A DNA stretch of 64,000 nt from Thalia democratica (Eukaryota): positions 17,980,001 to 18,044,000 of the forward strand of contig OZ241830.1 in the NCBI GenBank assembly GCA_965202585.1. The letters run 5' to 3'. The stretch's first letter is position 1, and each line of letters opens with the position of its first letter. This document shows positions 36,474-50,234 of the stretch, piece by piece. Position numbers and translations under genes: made by a program. A model generated the notes under the pieces. The model did no database searches. It was not told the origin of the DNA and worked only from the letters and a program-made list of their open reading frames with translations.

Positions 36474-37773
36474 TTTCTGCTCATTTTATAAGTATCTGCT
36501 AGTTATATATTAATAAATAGTTTTTTAGTACCGATGTTGTTAAAAAAAGCTCTAAATAAAAGTTTGTACCGTTTTAACTTTATTTTCACAACTTGCAATA
36601 TTACTTAGTTTTAACAAGTATAATATCTTTAATAACTATAGTATAAATAGATTTAATAAACTGATGCAGCAGAATTTTCTTACTTTAAAAAAAGTTGTTT
36701 GTGTACAACACAACTATTTTTGTTTTAATAATTTTAATTTTTAAGAAAAACCTTTATTTTATAATAATTCTTTTTATTATATAGAATATTTATATAACCA
36801 TTAAAATAAACACATTAAGTGTTTTTTTATTACAATATCCTACACATATTAAGTTTACTAAACTGTTTTAATTTACTATATGTATTTTCCTTTATTTTTT
36901 CATTTTTTTAGTATATTTCTTCTACAAAAAAATTTCAAAAAAAAAACAACTCGTTTAGTTTTATTTTACTATGTTAAATATTTCTAGTAAAAATTAAACT
37001 ACTCATCCAAGTTAGTATCAGAAAAGTAATTTCTTATAGTCCTTTGGATGCGAAGTTGAATAAATGGACATGTCATTATAAAAATAGTATAAAGAAATAA
37101 TTTAACCCAGAGTTACAGCAGCGTTAAACAAGATTTAAACCAGGTAATTTTTGTTTATATGTTAACTGCGTTTTTTTCTTGTTACTCTTAGTGCTTAGTA
37201 ATATGAATTTATGTAAGACTCTAGTGTATTATTTAGTATAAATATCTTTTTACTTAATAGTCAACAAGCTATATACTAAAAACAACAAAAATTTGAAAAC
37301 TTGATCTATAGAAAGCAAGTTTTTATATAATAAATAAGTAACTTCTTGAATAGAAACGTAATGATTGATATTATTAGTAAAAATTGCGACATTGTTAAAA
37401 CTATCCTGTATATAAGGGGTGAGCAACGATTTTAGTCGGCGAGCCAGGTGTGAAAAAATTAATTTGTGTATAATCTAAAGCGTTGAAGTTGCATTCACGA
37501 AAATTACTCAGCGACAAATAATAATTTTAGGTGACCATTCCTTTTTATATTTAATATAAACTTAAAATTTCTAACAAGTTTCACTTAAGCTTGTTTTTTT
37601 CTCTCTATCTAATCTTTCATAATGTTAAAAACAAGTTTCAAAATAAATTCAGTTTAGCAGGTCAAATTTACAAGCTTGCGGGCCGCACTTATATCTCTTT
37701 CAGGCTGGACCCTATTTAAATGTTCTAAATGTTGGCGGGTTGCTAATTTTCGTTCTGCATTTCTTAGTTATAG

Positions 37774-38390
37774 TGTAACCTACAGATGTAGGTACCTTTA
37801 ATACTAAACTTAACTTATACTAAATAATGATACTAATAATACTTAGGCTACTCTATATAAAACTAGGCATGACATGAGTTAACATATTTTATATAAAGAA
37901 CAATTGCAAACACTAACAAATATATAAAGAACATCAAGTTTAGAAAATACTTTAAATGTGGTCAAAACCTTTACACAAGATTTAATCTAGCAAGAATATA
38001 CTTTAAGAATGTATAAAACAAAACACGATTTAACTACTTAGAATGTAAATAAGAAATACTTGTAAAAATAATACTAATCAAAAAATACTTTATAAAACAC
38101 AACAAAACAATATAAATGTCTATTCTTCATTATCATGTTTACTTCAGCAGGCTGTGGCTAGAATCTCCCCATCTGTCTGTTGTATCAGCTTATATATAAC
38201 ATTCCCTAACTCAATGTTGCATCAGGGTTTCTTGTCTGCACTTTATTCTCTCCTTTTGTCAACTGTATTAAACTTGCATCAGTATAAAACTTAACCTTGC
38301 AAGCTTTCTCTTTACGCTTGGATGAATTTTAGCTCAAAACTTCCAACCAAATCTAAACAGTAATCAAGTGCAACTTGATATCCTGTTACA
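37774..38390 (-). repeat. 3' LTR (minus-strand orientation), 617 bp
   Basis: TG...CA termini. 13 substitutions and no indels counted versus 39753-40369. Confidence 0.93.
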
Positions 38391-38403
38391 CTTCCTCTTC
38401 TCC
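38391..38403 (-). promoter_or_regulatory. Polypurine tract of the LTR element
   Basis: CTTCCTCTTCTCC directly abuts the LTR and reads GGAGAAGAGGAAG on the minus strand. Confidence 0.85.
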
Positions 38404-38978
38404 ACTGTTGAAAGAGAAACGTCACTCTACTTCTCCTCTGCCTTTTTGTTGGAAGATAAAAAACACCCTTCCTTCATAAACAAGTAAAAAAAAGTTACAC
38501 ATATCAAAATTTAATTTGGTCTCAAAACTACTTGTGTTTTCCATACAAGATTTAAAGCAAATTAGAAAGTACAATAATTTTTAACAAATGGTCATTTAAT
38601 TCTTAAACTTTTATACTTTTGATAATCAAAAAAAAAGTTAATGTCTTTACTAGCTTCAACAATTTTTTAAACTTCAATACAATACTAAACATGAGTCACA
38701 TTCTACTATAAAGATTGCAGAATTGAAAAACAGGTAAATTACAAAAATACAAAAAAACCACTCAAATGTCATGCCTATGCAAACCCCTATAATAAAAACT
38801 CCAAAATTTTTCAGCATGTTACTGGTCTTTGCTGTCTTAGTTATTAATAAATATTTTGTTTTTTTATTGTGCTATTAAGATTTAAGAGCCTTAGATAAAT
38901 CTAATATCACTCACTTTCAAATAAAATTGGTCACCACTTTTAAGACTTATTTAAACTTATGCCTTGTTAGTTTTTTTT

Positions 38979-39434
38979 TTTGACTTTTTGTACTAAAATT
39001 TGTCAGATCAACTTTGACTTTTTGGACAATAATTATGTCAGTTACATTTTGACTTTTTGTACTAAATTTTGTTAGACCTACTTTGACTGTTTGGAATAAT
39101 ATTTTGTCAGTTCAATTTTGACTTTTTGTTCATAATTTTGTCACAACTACTTTGACATTTTGGACAATAATTTTGTCAGTGCAGTTTTGACTTTTTGTTC
39201 ATAATTTTGTCACAACTACTTTGACTTTTTGGACAATAATTTTGTCAGTGCAGTTTTGACTTTTTGATCATAATTTTGTCACAACTACTTTGACTTTTTG
39301 GATCATAATTTTGTCAGTGCAGTTTTGACTTTGTTTACTCAAAATTTATCAGTTCTACTTTGAGTTTTTGGACTAAAGTTTGTCAGTTCTACTTTGCTTT
39401 TTGGACAATAATTTAGTCAGTTCAATTTTGACTT
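38979..39434. repeat. Minisatellite inside the LTR element: 13 monomers alternating 34/35 bp (69-bp dimer)
   Basis: TTTGAC motif G positions: 38982, 39016, 39051, 39085, 39120, 39154, 39189, 39223, 39258, 39292, 39327, 39362, 39396 and 39430. Confidence 0.95.
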
Positions 39435-39740
39435 ATTAGTTTTCCTAACCCCCTACATTCTGGTTATGGGTACAAACTCAAAGACTTTTAAATGGGCATA
39501 TGGCAAATGTAAGTATTGCTTCTTAAAAATTAAATGCACAATTTGTTGTAAAATTTCTCTAAATCCACTACTGGATAAAATGCAGTATATAAAAAAAAAC
39601 AAAAATATAGGAATGTGAGATAAAATTGTGATAAATACTGCTTTCAAAATAAAAGGTAATACACTAATAAAACTTATTTGGGTAAAATAGTGTCTTGGTA
39701 ATATTTAACTGTTATTTAAAAGACTGGTTATTCTTTAAAC

Positions 39741-39751
39741 GAGGACGCCAA
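39741..39751 (-). promoter_or_regulatory. Primer-binding-site-like sequence
   Basis: + strand (C)GAGGACGCCA immediately before the LTR mimics a tRNA 3' end (discriminator G plus CCA). The tRNA species was not determined. Confidence 0.7.
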
Positions 39752-39752
39752 T

Positions 39753-40369
39753 TGTAACCTACAGATGTAGGTACCTTTAATACTAAACTTAACTTATACT
39801 AAATAATGATACTAATAATACTTAGGCTACTCTATATAAAACTAGGCATGACATGAGTTAACATATTTTATATAAAGAACAATTGCAAACACTAACAAAT
39901 ATATAAAGAACATCAAATTAAGAAAATACTTTAAATGTGGTCAAAACCTTTACACAAGATTTAATCTAGCAAGAATATACTTTAAGAATGTATAAAACAA
40001 AATACGAGTTAACTACTTAGAATGTAAATAAGAAATACTTATAAAAATAATACTAATCAAAAAATACTTTATAAAACTCGAGAAAACAATATAAATGTCT
40101 ATTCTTCATTATCACGTTTACTGCAGCAGGCTGTGGCTAGAATCTTCCCGTCTGTCTGTTGTATCAGCTTATATATAACCTTCCCTAACTCAATGTTGCA
40201 TCAGGGTTTCTTGTCTGCACTTTATTCTCTCCTTTTGTCAACTGTATTAAACTTGCATCAGTATAAAACTTAACCTTGCAAGCTTTCTCTTTACGCTTGG
40301 ATGAATTTTAGCTCAAAACTTCCAACCAAATCTAAACAGTAATCAAGTGCAACTTGATATCCTGTTACA
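39753..40369 (-). repeat. 5' LTR (minus-strand orientation), 617 bp
   Basis: Direct repeat of 37774-38390 with TG...CA termini. Confidence 0.93.
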
Positions 40370-41975
40370 ATAGCCATTATCGTTGCAAAAATACATTCGA
40401 AATTATCGCTAAATTGGATTTGTTTATATTAATACTCTTTTTATTCTACAATAAAAGTATACAATAAAATAAAGAAATTGTTAAAAATTACTTTAGAAAA
40501 AATAAGTTATTTGAGTTAAAGGTGCAAATAATTAAATTCAAAACTTAATAATCACATTATTACAAAAAACTAACAACGAAGCCAGTAAGTTTGATCAGAA
40601 CTATTCGATTTAATTTAACCAATGGTAGTTACTGTTTTGTCTGCATATTTTTAGCTGTTACTAAAAATAAATTTTAGTTTTCTATTTGATGTTTACAAAA
40701 AAAAGACAAGTGCAGTAGTTATTTATCACTCTCTTGTCTATACAAAGCAGGATCAGCAAAGTTTTATGTGGAACAACCAAATTCACTATAAAAGGCTATT
40801 TGCGGGCCACATATGTTGTGGAAAATTTTTATTGTAAAATAAGTAATACCTATACTACCGAATAATAAATAAAATAAACATTATTTAGGCAGCAGTTTAC
40901 TGAAAAAAAGGTTATTTTTTCATTATCAATTACCACTAATTTCTTTTTTGAATTTTTTTTAAGCAAACGGCATGCCAATCGTTTTTGAGGGTCATACTTT
41001 ACCAAACAACTTATGTTTAAACTGAAAACAAAGCATTCAAATTTTATCAACAAGCTTTAGTATATTTACTGAAATTAAATAACAAATATAAATAGTTTGT
41101 AGAAATTTATAAAACTTTTTTTACTGGAAAAGTTTTAGACTTTAATTAGTTTCACGATTTGTTTTAAGCTAAAAAACTACGTTTTCTGTTAAGCCCCGCC
41201 TATAGGACGTAGTTCTCATACCCCAGGTCTAAAAGAAATTTTTGTTTAATTATAAATTTTTAATATAAACTTAATAGTTTAAATTGTGCAGACCAAGTCT
41301 GTTCTACTTTTTTTTTAATGCGAATCCGGTAGATCACTATTTTAAAAAAATATTTAGTTTAAAATCATACCTAACTTTTATCAATATAAATTAAAAGAAT
41401 TTAAGTTGAACAATGATTTTAGCTTATAAGCAAATATAGTTTATGTGTAGGCAATGAAAAATTCAAAAGAGGCCAATGAAAACAAGTTTTTCCTTCAATA
41501 ATGCTATAACCAATCGGCCGCCTTTATTTGTTTGTTAATCAAAATAGTTTACTTTTATAAACGTTATAAACAGAAAATTAAAGGTTAACTATACAAACCA
41601 ACGGACCTCATGAGTCTTTCTTGTCCATTCATATGTGGGGTGATATGAAAAAAATTAGATCCCTGTCTGTTTAAACCTTTACGAAGTTTACTTTATAAGC
41701 TGATAAAATATTGAAACGAAAATTTTTTATTACATTATTTTCACTAATGTCATTATAAATTTTAAATTTATACAATTACCCGGTCAGAGCATTTATGTGA
41801 TCTTACACAAGGTTCCAACGGGGGAATCTAGAGTTTGCTAAACCTCCTGGTTTCTCCAAACTTTTTTATTTAAAAACAGTCACATCAGACAGTTTTTTGA
41901 AATAAAGACAGTCTACAGAGCCGAAGCTTGGACTTTCGTATGTCGTGAGACTAGCTCAAGTTATCAAAAAGTTTT

Positions 41976-42051
41976 ATCATACCATTTCGATCATCAGACA
42001 TAGGTCTCAGTCTACCAAAGGCTTGTGGTCTGATGATCGAATTGAGTTGAT
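41976..42051 (+). ncRNA. Candidate pre-miRNA-like hairpin (copy B)
   Basis: Homolog of 21690-21765. The 3' arm is identical; changes are confined to the stem base. Confidence 0.5.
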
Positions 42052-42215
42052 CAATCTTTTTTTTACTTTGATTTATGTGTGTAAATTTTAATGTGTATAA
42101 TTTTCTCAACTGACTAAAAAGTAATAGCTGTTATGGTTTAATTTTTAATCACACAATTTTCATAAGTTAAGACAATTTTTTTGTCACGTCAAATAGTAAT
42201 TTTGGTTCAAAAAAA

Positions 42216-42400
42216 ATGTCTAAAAATTCATTCAGCCCAACGATTAATAACACGAATGGCATGGAAGTAGAAACTAAGCTGCTTCTTTCTGCTAATAGTT
42301 TCAATTAAGTTCACTCACAAGTCAAGAAAAGACGCAATAGAAAGGGAAATTCCTTACCAGTTTTACCTGAAGCGCAACACGGACAGACTCTTTGTAAAAA
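42216..42400 (+). pseudogene. 5' protease fragment with overlapping 30-codon sORF (unit B)
   Basis: Homolog of 21925-22115, including the shared TAG. Confidence 0.72.
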
Positions 42401-42895
42401 ACAAAAAACTGCGTACTTTGTCATTACTACTCATTTTGTACTTTGTCAATATTAGGAAAGATATTTGTAAAATGTGCGAGTGTTTCTGCTTATATATTAT
42501 TTAGCTTCGTTATACGGTTTGGTTGTTAGAATTGTATTGTTATGTTCTTTTGTTTTAGGTGTTTTTGATATTTAGTCCTCAGCAAAGAACAATTAGCAAT
42601 CTAAACAAAAGTACATAAAAATACAATTCTTACAGCCAAACTGTATTACGAATCACTTCTTTAGAAATTTTACTATACTTGTCTTATGTCTTACATTGTT
42701 GTTATTTTAACAAAACAGTATTTTATTTATGTGTTTAATAGAAAAGTATACAATTTTTATAAAAACTTGCCTTAAAAGTAATAGCTGTAATGTTTTTGTT
42801 TTTAATCACACAATTTTTATAAGTTGAAAACAATTCGTGTGTTACGTCAAATAGTATTTTTGGTATAAAAAAATGCTATAAGTTTATTTAGCATC

Positions 42896-44090
42896 ATGGT
42901 AAACAACAGTTTGAAGTACAAACTAATCTGCTCCTTTTTTTGATATCTTTTGATATTTTTTCAACTTATGTTCACTCAGAAGTCGGGAAAGGACGCACGA
43001 TAAAAGGAAACTTCCAACCAGGTGTACCTGAAACGCAACACGGGCAGAAGAATGTGAAAACCGAGTTCAAACACTAAATGATTTGCTTACTTGATGAACA
43101 CGCGTTGGGTGTTGAGCGGATCTTAATGCTTTGAAATAAAATAAACTTTTGTCGACGTGTTAAAGATCACAGCGGAAAGCATGTATGTCCAAAAACAAAA
43201 CAACGACACTCGCAGAAAATTTGCTTACTCTAGGGTGTATTACGAAGGTTACAGGAAACAAATTAGGTGGAGGACATCGACAAGTAAATAGCGTGATTGG
43301 AACTAATAGGCCGTTTTGAACCACTTTAGGAGTGATATCCGGTTGGAACTGTAGGAATTCGGGTTGAGATGGTGAACGGAAGAGCGCAGCAAATGAATGC
43401 TTTGCAGGGGAAGAAGTTATTTTGGTCGATGGTCGCCTCTGTGCACAACTCGTTCAACGACGATAATTACAAAAAAAAATTCTGCCGACACAAACTTTAT
43501 TTTCGAGTTCCAGAGCTTCTGCAGAGGCGACTTGGGCGGTCCAGTGGCTTGCAGGCAGTCGAAAAGTGTCCAGTTTGATAATTTGGTGCACAGTTTCATG
43601 CGAAGGTTTTAAATTTCAAACTACCGGTAGCATTGGTAAAATTTCAAAAGATTTGAGCCAACACGAAGACTATCAAAATAACAAGTATGGTAAGCACAAC
43701 ACTGCGTTGATATTTCTCCTCGGTGAAGTTGATTTTTAAGCTGAGTTTGACAAGCCGTTGACAATGATAACTGGTAGCGATGTGAAAGATTGCAAAGTGT
43801 TTAGATGAAAAGATAATTGTGAAACTGAAACTACAGAAGACGAAAATCTTCTGCAAGTAAGACAAGTAAGTATATTAGATGATAAAAGGTGCAGTTCTCT
43901 CATGTTAAACCCAACTGCTGTTGAGTTGCTTTATGGTCATCATGTTTGTACTGAACAAGAACTTGGGACACCTACCATCAGTGTTAAATCAGTGACTAGT
44001 TTAATTTACAAAGATTATCTACATACCATGGAGTTTACGAAGTTGCATCTTTTAGTGGATACCTCAATTCGAAACAACTCCGTTCACTAA
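42896..44090 (+). pseudogene. Trypsin-family protease pseudogene (unit B, + copy; second domain partly deleted)
   Basis: FCRGDLGGPVAC (catalytic Ser changed to Leu), HEDYQN, LQVRQVSILDDKRC. Stops and frameshifts. Confidence 0.85.
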
Positions 44091-44114
44091 ATTATCGGCA
44101 AAAGTCTGTTATAT

Positions 44115-44605
44115 TAAATTATCAAATTGGACACTTTTCGACTGCTTCCAACCACAGGACTGCCTAAGTCGCCTTTGCTCTGGAACTCAAAACTGGATTT
44201 TGTGTCAGCAAAAAAACTTTTCGTTATTGTCGTAGCTGAACGTGTTGAATACAGAAGCGATATCGTAGATCACAAACATGTCTACTCCTATAAATTATCC
44301 GGCTTCACTTGCTGCTTCGTTCACTATTCCATGACCGAAATCCTGCAATTCCAACCGATTATCAATTTCAAAAAGGCTCAGAATTTCCAGTTGGATTCAA
44401 GCTATTTCCCTGTCGAGGTGGAGCTCAAATCGGATATATCATCCGCTCACAATTGTTTTTTTATCCCTGTAGCCTTCGTAAAAGCTACTTGTAGGTTTTC
44501 TTTTCTCCCTTTCTCGTGCGTCGCGTCTTTTCTTGACTTCTGAGTGAACGAAAAAATCAAAAGAAAGAAGCAGATTAGTTTGTACGTCCAACTTTTGTTA
44601 ATCAT
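44115..44605 (-). pseudogene. Inverted, internally deleted protease pseudogene (unit B, - copy)
   Basis: The reverse strand gives MINKSWTYKLICFFLLIFS..KDA, a deletion of the AAH region, then a GDxG-homologous tail. Confidence 0.8.
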
Positions 44606-45649
44606 GATGCTAAATAAACTTATAGCATTTTTTAATAACAAAACTATTATTTGACGTAACAAAAGTTGTTTTAAACCTTTTAAAATTGTGTGATAAAAAT
44701 AAAAACATAACAGCTATTATATACTTATGTTGCAAAGTTTTATAAAAGTTGTACACATTACAATTTAAACACATAAAACAAAGAAAGTAGTTGTGTTTAA
44801 TTTACAACAATGTTAGACATAACACAATTGTTGTAAAATTTCTAAAATATAGATTCGTAATACAGTTTGATTGTTAGAATTGTATTGAATGTACTTTTGT
44901 TTAGATTCCTAATTTTTGTTCGCTGAGGACTAAATACCGAAAACACTTCAAAAAAATAATAAGATAATCAGAAACATTAGCATATTTTGAAAACATGTTT
45001 TTGTATATTGACAAAGTACAAGATGATGAAACAAAAGTTGACGTACTAAGACGATTTAGAAATTAACAAAATATTAATTTATTACAGTAAGATTATAACA
45101 AATTAAAATAAAATACATTATTTTGATTGTTTTAATCAATGCTAATTTCAGACTAAAAAGTTATTTACATTTAAAAAGAAACTTTCTGTGTAGTTAAAAC
45201 CAAAATGAAATTAATATTAATTAATATAAAAACTGCAGCCGGCGATAGTTTTAATAACAGAAGTTTAGCACTTGAGGACCTGTTTATTTCCGACCTCTGA
45301 TCTAAACAAATTTATAAATGTTATCCCTTATTGGTCAAACTCATACTTAGACTCAGAGAACTCCGGAATAGTTTAAGTTTTTGTTTTATCAGGCATTGTT
45401 TCATTATTTTTTTCCTTGATTTTTATGTTTTTAAAGTGCCTTTTGAAATATTTCGGTTTTTAGACAAAAATTAACTGATAAATAACAGTTTTTAAGTTTT
45501 TGGCTTATACTATATCATATTGAATTATATTATAAGTTTAAACTAACTCAGGCTAGATATATAACTCAGCCTAGTTTTTGATCATTCAGGCTGGCTATTA
45601 TGTCATCAAGAATGTCATCCATGTATTGGAAGCCCCTTTAAATTTGAGA

Positions 45650-46070
45650 TAGGTCAAACATGAACAAAAATACTTTTGAACAATGTTCAAATATGCACAA
45701 AGAGTTAATTTTTAGGGAGTAAAAAAATAATAATAAACCGACCAAAGGTAAAAGTTACACTTATGGGTAACAGTTTAAGTAATAGAAAATAAAACTTAAA
45801 TAAAAAAAATTAAACAAAAAAGAAAACCAAGGGTAAGGGTTTAGGGTAACAGTTATGGTAAAAAAAAATAAATTTAAAATGATATTTACAAGAAAAATAT
45901 AACCAGCCTAGGGTAAAGGTTAGGGGTCACAGTAATTGTATATAATATTAATTAAAAAGAAAATTAAATCAGTTCAAAAGTTTCTTCATTAATAAAAAAG
46001 TCACTTCTCGCAAAAGTTACTTGTGCAAGCGTGACGCCGTGCAAAAGTGGCTTCTAGCAAAAGTGCTTAA
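45650..46070. mobile_element. Non-autonomous element with GGGTAAGGGTTAGGGT-like blocks and terminal GCAAAAGTG repeats
   Basis: Motifs shared with 7385-7750 and 18234-18323. Lies at the B/C junction. Confidence 0.45.
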
Positions 46071-49000
46071 AATTATTTTTTAAACATGCAACTTTAAATT
46101 CACACTACCTTTCATAACTTTTCAAATTTATTAACTGAATATATCAAAGCAAGTTCTCTCACTTAATTTATTTTTTTTTAAATGTTTTTTTTTTTTAAGT
46201 TTACTAAGATCCAGAGGTGCTTCTACTCTTTAAATTTATTTTAAAATAAAGTAGCAAAAATTTCTCCTGTTAAAAATAGTGCATTTAATAATAATTTTTA
46301 GTAAATTATTTGAATAGAAAAGTAAAGTTTTTAAACATTATAGCTAACCAAGGCTCGTTTGATATTTATTTCAAAACTTAGATTACTTCAAATTTGTTTT
46401 TATTAATACATGAATTTTTTTATGACACTTTTGCTAAGAAATATGTTTTTATTAAAACCTTTGGTTATTGTTTTGTATTTCTAAGTAATTTTAGTTAAAT
46501 AATAGTAGTTTTTCAAGCTTTTTTACAGTATAGTTATTTAAATTATTTTACAAGCTGAAGATAACTCAGGCTTGATTGATAAACATCAGTCTAATTTTTT
46601 TTCAATCAAGTATTCTGTTTTATTAGAAAGAATGGCAACAGTGTAGAATAAACAGTTATTTCAACCAACATATTTTAAACTTCTATTTTAAGCTTTAATT
46701 TTCCAAGCTGGCTGTTTTTTTCTCAAAAAATGACAACCCTGTATTAGGACCACCTTAATAGTGCATGTACTTAACCTTTTATTCTAAGTTAACAATGTTG
46801 TTGCAATGAGTTTATAAATCATTATAACTTATTAAAATGAAAACGTGTACTACTATGCTTAAAAATATTAAAGTTTAATATTAAAATTAAAACCAGTAGT
46901 AGTTAACCAAAACAGGTTTTTACTCTTGTTTTCACATGTTAAACTTTTGTATTTATTTGTTTTTCTTTGGTTTTTGTTTTTAAAGTTTACTTAACCCATG
47001 AGGCTTTTCTACTGTATAGCCTAATTATATCAAGTAGAACTTTTATTGTTAAATATTAATTTTATTATAACAACTTTAAATTAAGTAATATAAATCTAAA
47101 ATTATTAAATTTATTTACACTTCAGGCTAATTCAGGTTTGTTTAATAGTTTGCTGCGAAACTTAATCAATTTGGATACTTTTTTAAAACATCAGGTTTTA
47201 TTTTATAATTTTTTTTTATTTGAATTTTTTTTACATGTACTCGTATTTTTTACTTTTATAATTTAGTCACTATTTTTAATTTTTTAGTAATCATACTTGG
47301 TCAGTAGAAATTTTTTAAACCTTTTGATAAAACAGATGTTTTAATTATTTTACAACATGGAAAAAAAACTAAGGCTAAGTTAGTAAAACTCAGTTCAGTT
47401 TTCGTAAATCACTAATTCATTTTGACTTAAATAATGGCAACTCTGTGGTAGGCAATTCTTTTAAACCGTAACAAGACAATTTTAAAAAGAGTTTATAAAT
47501 TTCTAATTGTAAACAAAACACTTAATCTAGAAGTAAAATTGCTTTTTATATTTACTTGCTCCAAACCTTAAAGCTCTTATTGTAAAAAGTAAATTACTTT
47601 AGCCTATATGAAAAATAAATAAGCAATGATTGACAAAAAAAAAAGCCATTTTTAAACCAGGGTTTCCCAAACAATGTCCCTATCCGACAAGAATTTTCTT
47701 AAAACTACTATTTAAAACACTTAAGACCCTGTTTTTTGCTCTTCGTCATCAAATCAAGATGCGTAATTATCTAATTATGGCCTTTTGGCTCTTCCTTTTA
47801 CAGTTTGTGGTCCCCTAGATTTACTAAAATTCACTCATAATAACTAGTTTAAGTTTTAGAGCTACTATTGAACCGCTTAAAACCTGTATTTTTTCTCTTC
47901 ATCTTAAACACCAGAATACCTCGTGTAAGTTTCAAACTATGACCTCATGGCTATCCTGTGGCCCCTTTACAGCTCATGCCCAACCCTAGATTATGATTTC
48001 CCCCCTTTGCTGCTTATGGCCGCCTAACTTTCTGTAATGGCTCCCAAGAGAGCCACTTGGCCCACTTTAGAAAATCCTTCTGTAAACTAATTAAGAAGAT
48101 TCACTGTTTCCTACCCTAAAATTTCAACTTTATTTCAATAATTTTAAGCGTTATCTAAAAGTTGTATAACTTCACTTGTTTATTTGTTGAAAGAAAAATG
48201 CAGAAAATTTCTTGTTTATTTTTGTATAAAGCATTTATTGGTCAGCTTTATTAAAATAGCATCTCAAAAGGTTTTTACCATGTTGTATAGTATAGTTTAT
48301 TTAACAACCGAAAAAAAAGCTCAAAGTATTTTTTTTAGGACCTGAGGTATGAAAAACTATTTTATTATCGATAATTTTATGTATATTTTTTTAACAAGTT
48401 TTTATTTATTTAGTTCATTATAAATAAAAGGCTTCTATCTCTGTTATTAGGTTAGGTAGCACATCTTATTTATTTTAAAAAATAAAGTACATATGTTCTA
48501 GTTTTCAACAAAAAACTTTTTAAAGTACTTAAGTGTCTACGTTAGTTTTTAAACATTTATATCTAATTTAATCAAACAAGTTTTACTAAAAATTAGTTAT
48601 TGGCTGAAATCTAAATAAATAATTCAAACAGGTTAAAAGCTTTTACACCAACTTTAAAAACATAGTTAACTTTATTAGTAGATTATAACTTACAGATATG
48701 AGATTAGAACTAAAATTTTCAGTTTGGAAAATAACAATTTCACAATTTAAAATAAAATGTGACTATGACAAGTGTACTGGTTTTAGTATTTATAGTGATT
48801 AAATATATTCAAAATAAAAAACAATTTAAAATAATCCTGTTTAGTGTCAATTTTAAGACAACTTTATTATATTAATGTCAAGGTCAAGTAGATTAAATGA
48901 AATAGTCAATTTTTTTTAGTTCATTTAAATTAACTTGATTTAACCTAAAAATATTATATGCTTAAATATAACCTAATTTTCAATTATTATATATTATAAG

Positions 49001-50234
49001 TTAATAAAGTTATTCCTAATTAAAACTTTACAATTAATTATTTTTCATGATTCTTAACTAGTAAATACATAGTTAATTTAAAGTAAACTTTTATACCAAT
49101 GTTCTTTAAAAATATGCAGAATCTTAAATTTGTAATTAACACAAACATTTTCAGATGAAAATTTTATGGGAATTAGTTAGTAGCTTCCTTATAAAACCAG
49201 GGTCTTAAAATATTGTTTAAAATTTATTATCACATTCTAAAGTATTAATTAAGACTAGTTTCACCTCTTTTTAATTAGTGAACAGCACAAAAGTGAAAGT
49301 TGTTTCTGCTTGCATTGAAAGTCTAATATTTGTAACTAAACATAGTTGTTTACATTGTTAATTTTAACATTTAAAATTTAGTAATATAGCACAATCAAAT
49401 ATGTGAAATAAGTTATATTTTTGTTAAACAACTATATAATTGAACAGCTAAGATTCTTTCTTCATTTTGACAGCGTAGCACAGGTTCTTTTTTAGTCGTA
49501 GTTGTATGAACAAAGTAGGTGTCCAAAATGAGCGACACTTATGCATGAAGGTTCAAATAGGCTGGAAGACTCTATTGTACAAAGACACTTTGCACGGTTG
49601 AAAATTTTTCAAGTTTTTTTATTTAATCATTATTATTTTTACTGTTATTCCTAACCCTTAACCTAAGTCGATAATGTGTTTTTATTACTTCATAACTTAT
49701 TTTATATGATTCTTTTTTTTTTAGTTTTTTTATTAAAATAATTAATAGGATTTTTTTTTGTCACTTTTACCTCTAACCCTTACTTTCAGTCAGTAACTTT
49801 TTTTTTCTTTTTTGATTTTAATTAGTTTTTTTACTGTTTTTTTTTCTTATTTAACTTTTTACCATTACTTTTACCTCTAACCTACCGTTGGGAACACAAA
49901 ACTTTTAGGGCACACGAAACTCACGAAATTTTTAGATAACACAAAAAAAGATTTTAGTCTTATTACTGTATTTATTTAATGTTAAAGTTGAATCTAGCCC
50001 TCGCGTTTAATTGAGCTTTTAGTTAATTGTCCATTTTACTCTCATGATCTATTTCAGTAATAAATTATGGACATCATTCTTTATATAAATAATGCATTGA
50101 AGTCACAACCTACAGCTGAAAAATGGAAATGTGCAAAGTCCATTGACTTATGTGGTAGAAGCTGTCATCCAGTTAATATCATGGTTTACCACCAAAGTAA
50201 TAGGTAATTGTTTTCTGATTTACTATGAATATTA

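Larger units (their letters stand above)
37774..40369 (-). mobile_element. Complete non-autonomous LTR retroelement (2596 bp), 4-bp TSD ATAG
   Basis: Two 617-bp direct repeats (TGTAAC...GTTACA). PBS-like TGGCGTCCTCG next to the minus-strand 5' LTR. PPT GGAGAAGAGGAAG next to the 3' LTR. ATAG at 37770-37773 and 40370-40373. The empty site is visible in units A (~17161) and C. Confidence 0.93.
28450..45345. repeat. Segmental duplication unit B (most diverged; lacks most of A 5.5-10.3 kb; contains the LTR element); boundaries approximate
   Basis: 28450-28750 aligns with 46370-46665. From ~31040 it is collinear with A from ~10340. Confidence 0.88.

Noticed and set aside
38979-39434. CRISPR-like array (34/35-bp palindromic repeats)
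   Set aside because: The monomers are contiguous with no unique spacers, there are no cas genes, and the context is eukaryotic inside an LTR element.
39453-39647. 64-aa ORF inside the LTR element as gag/env remnant
   Set aside because: No zinc knuckle, protease, RT or integrase motif; low-complexity AT-driven composition.
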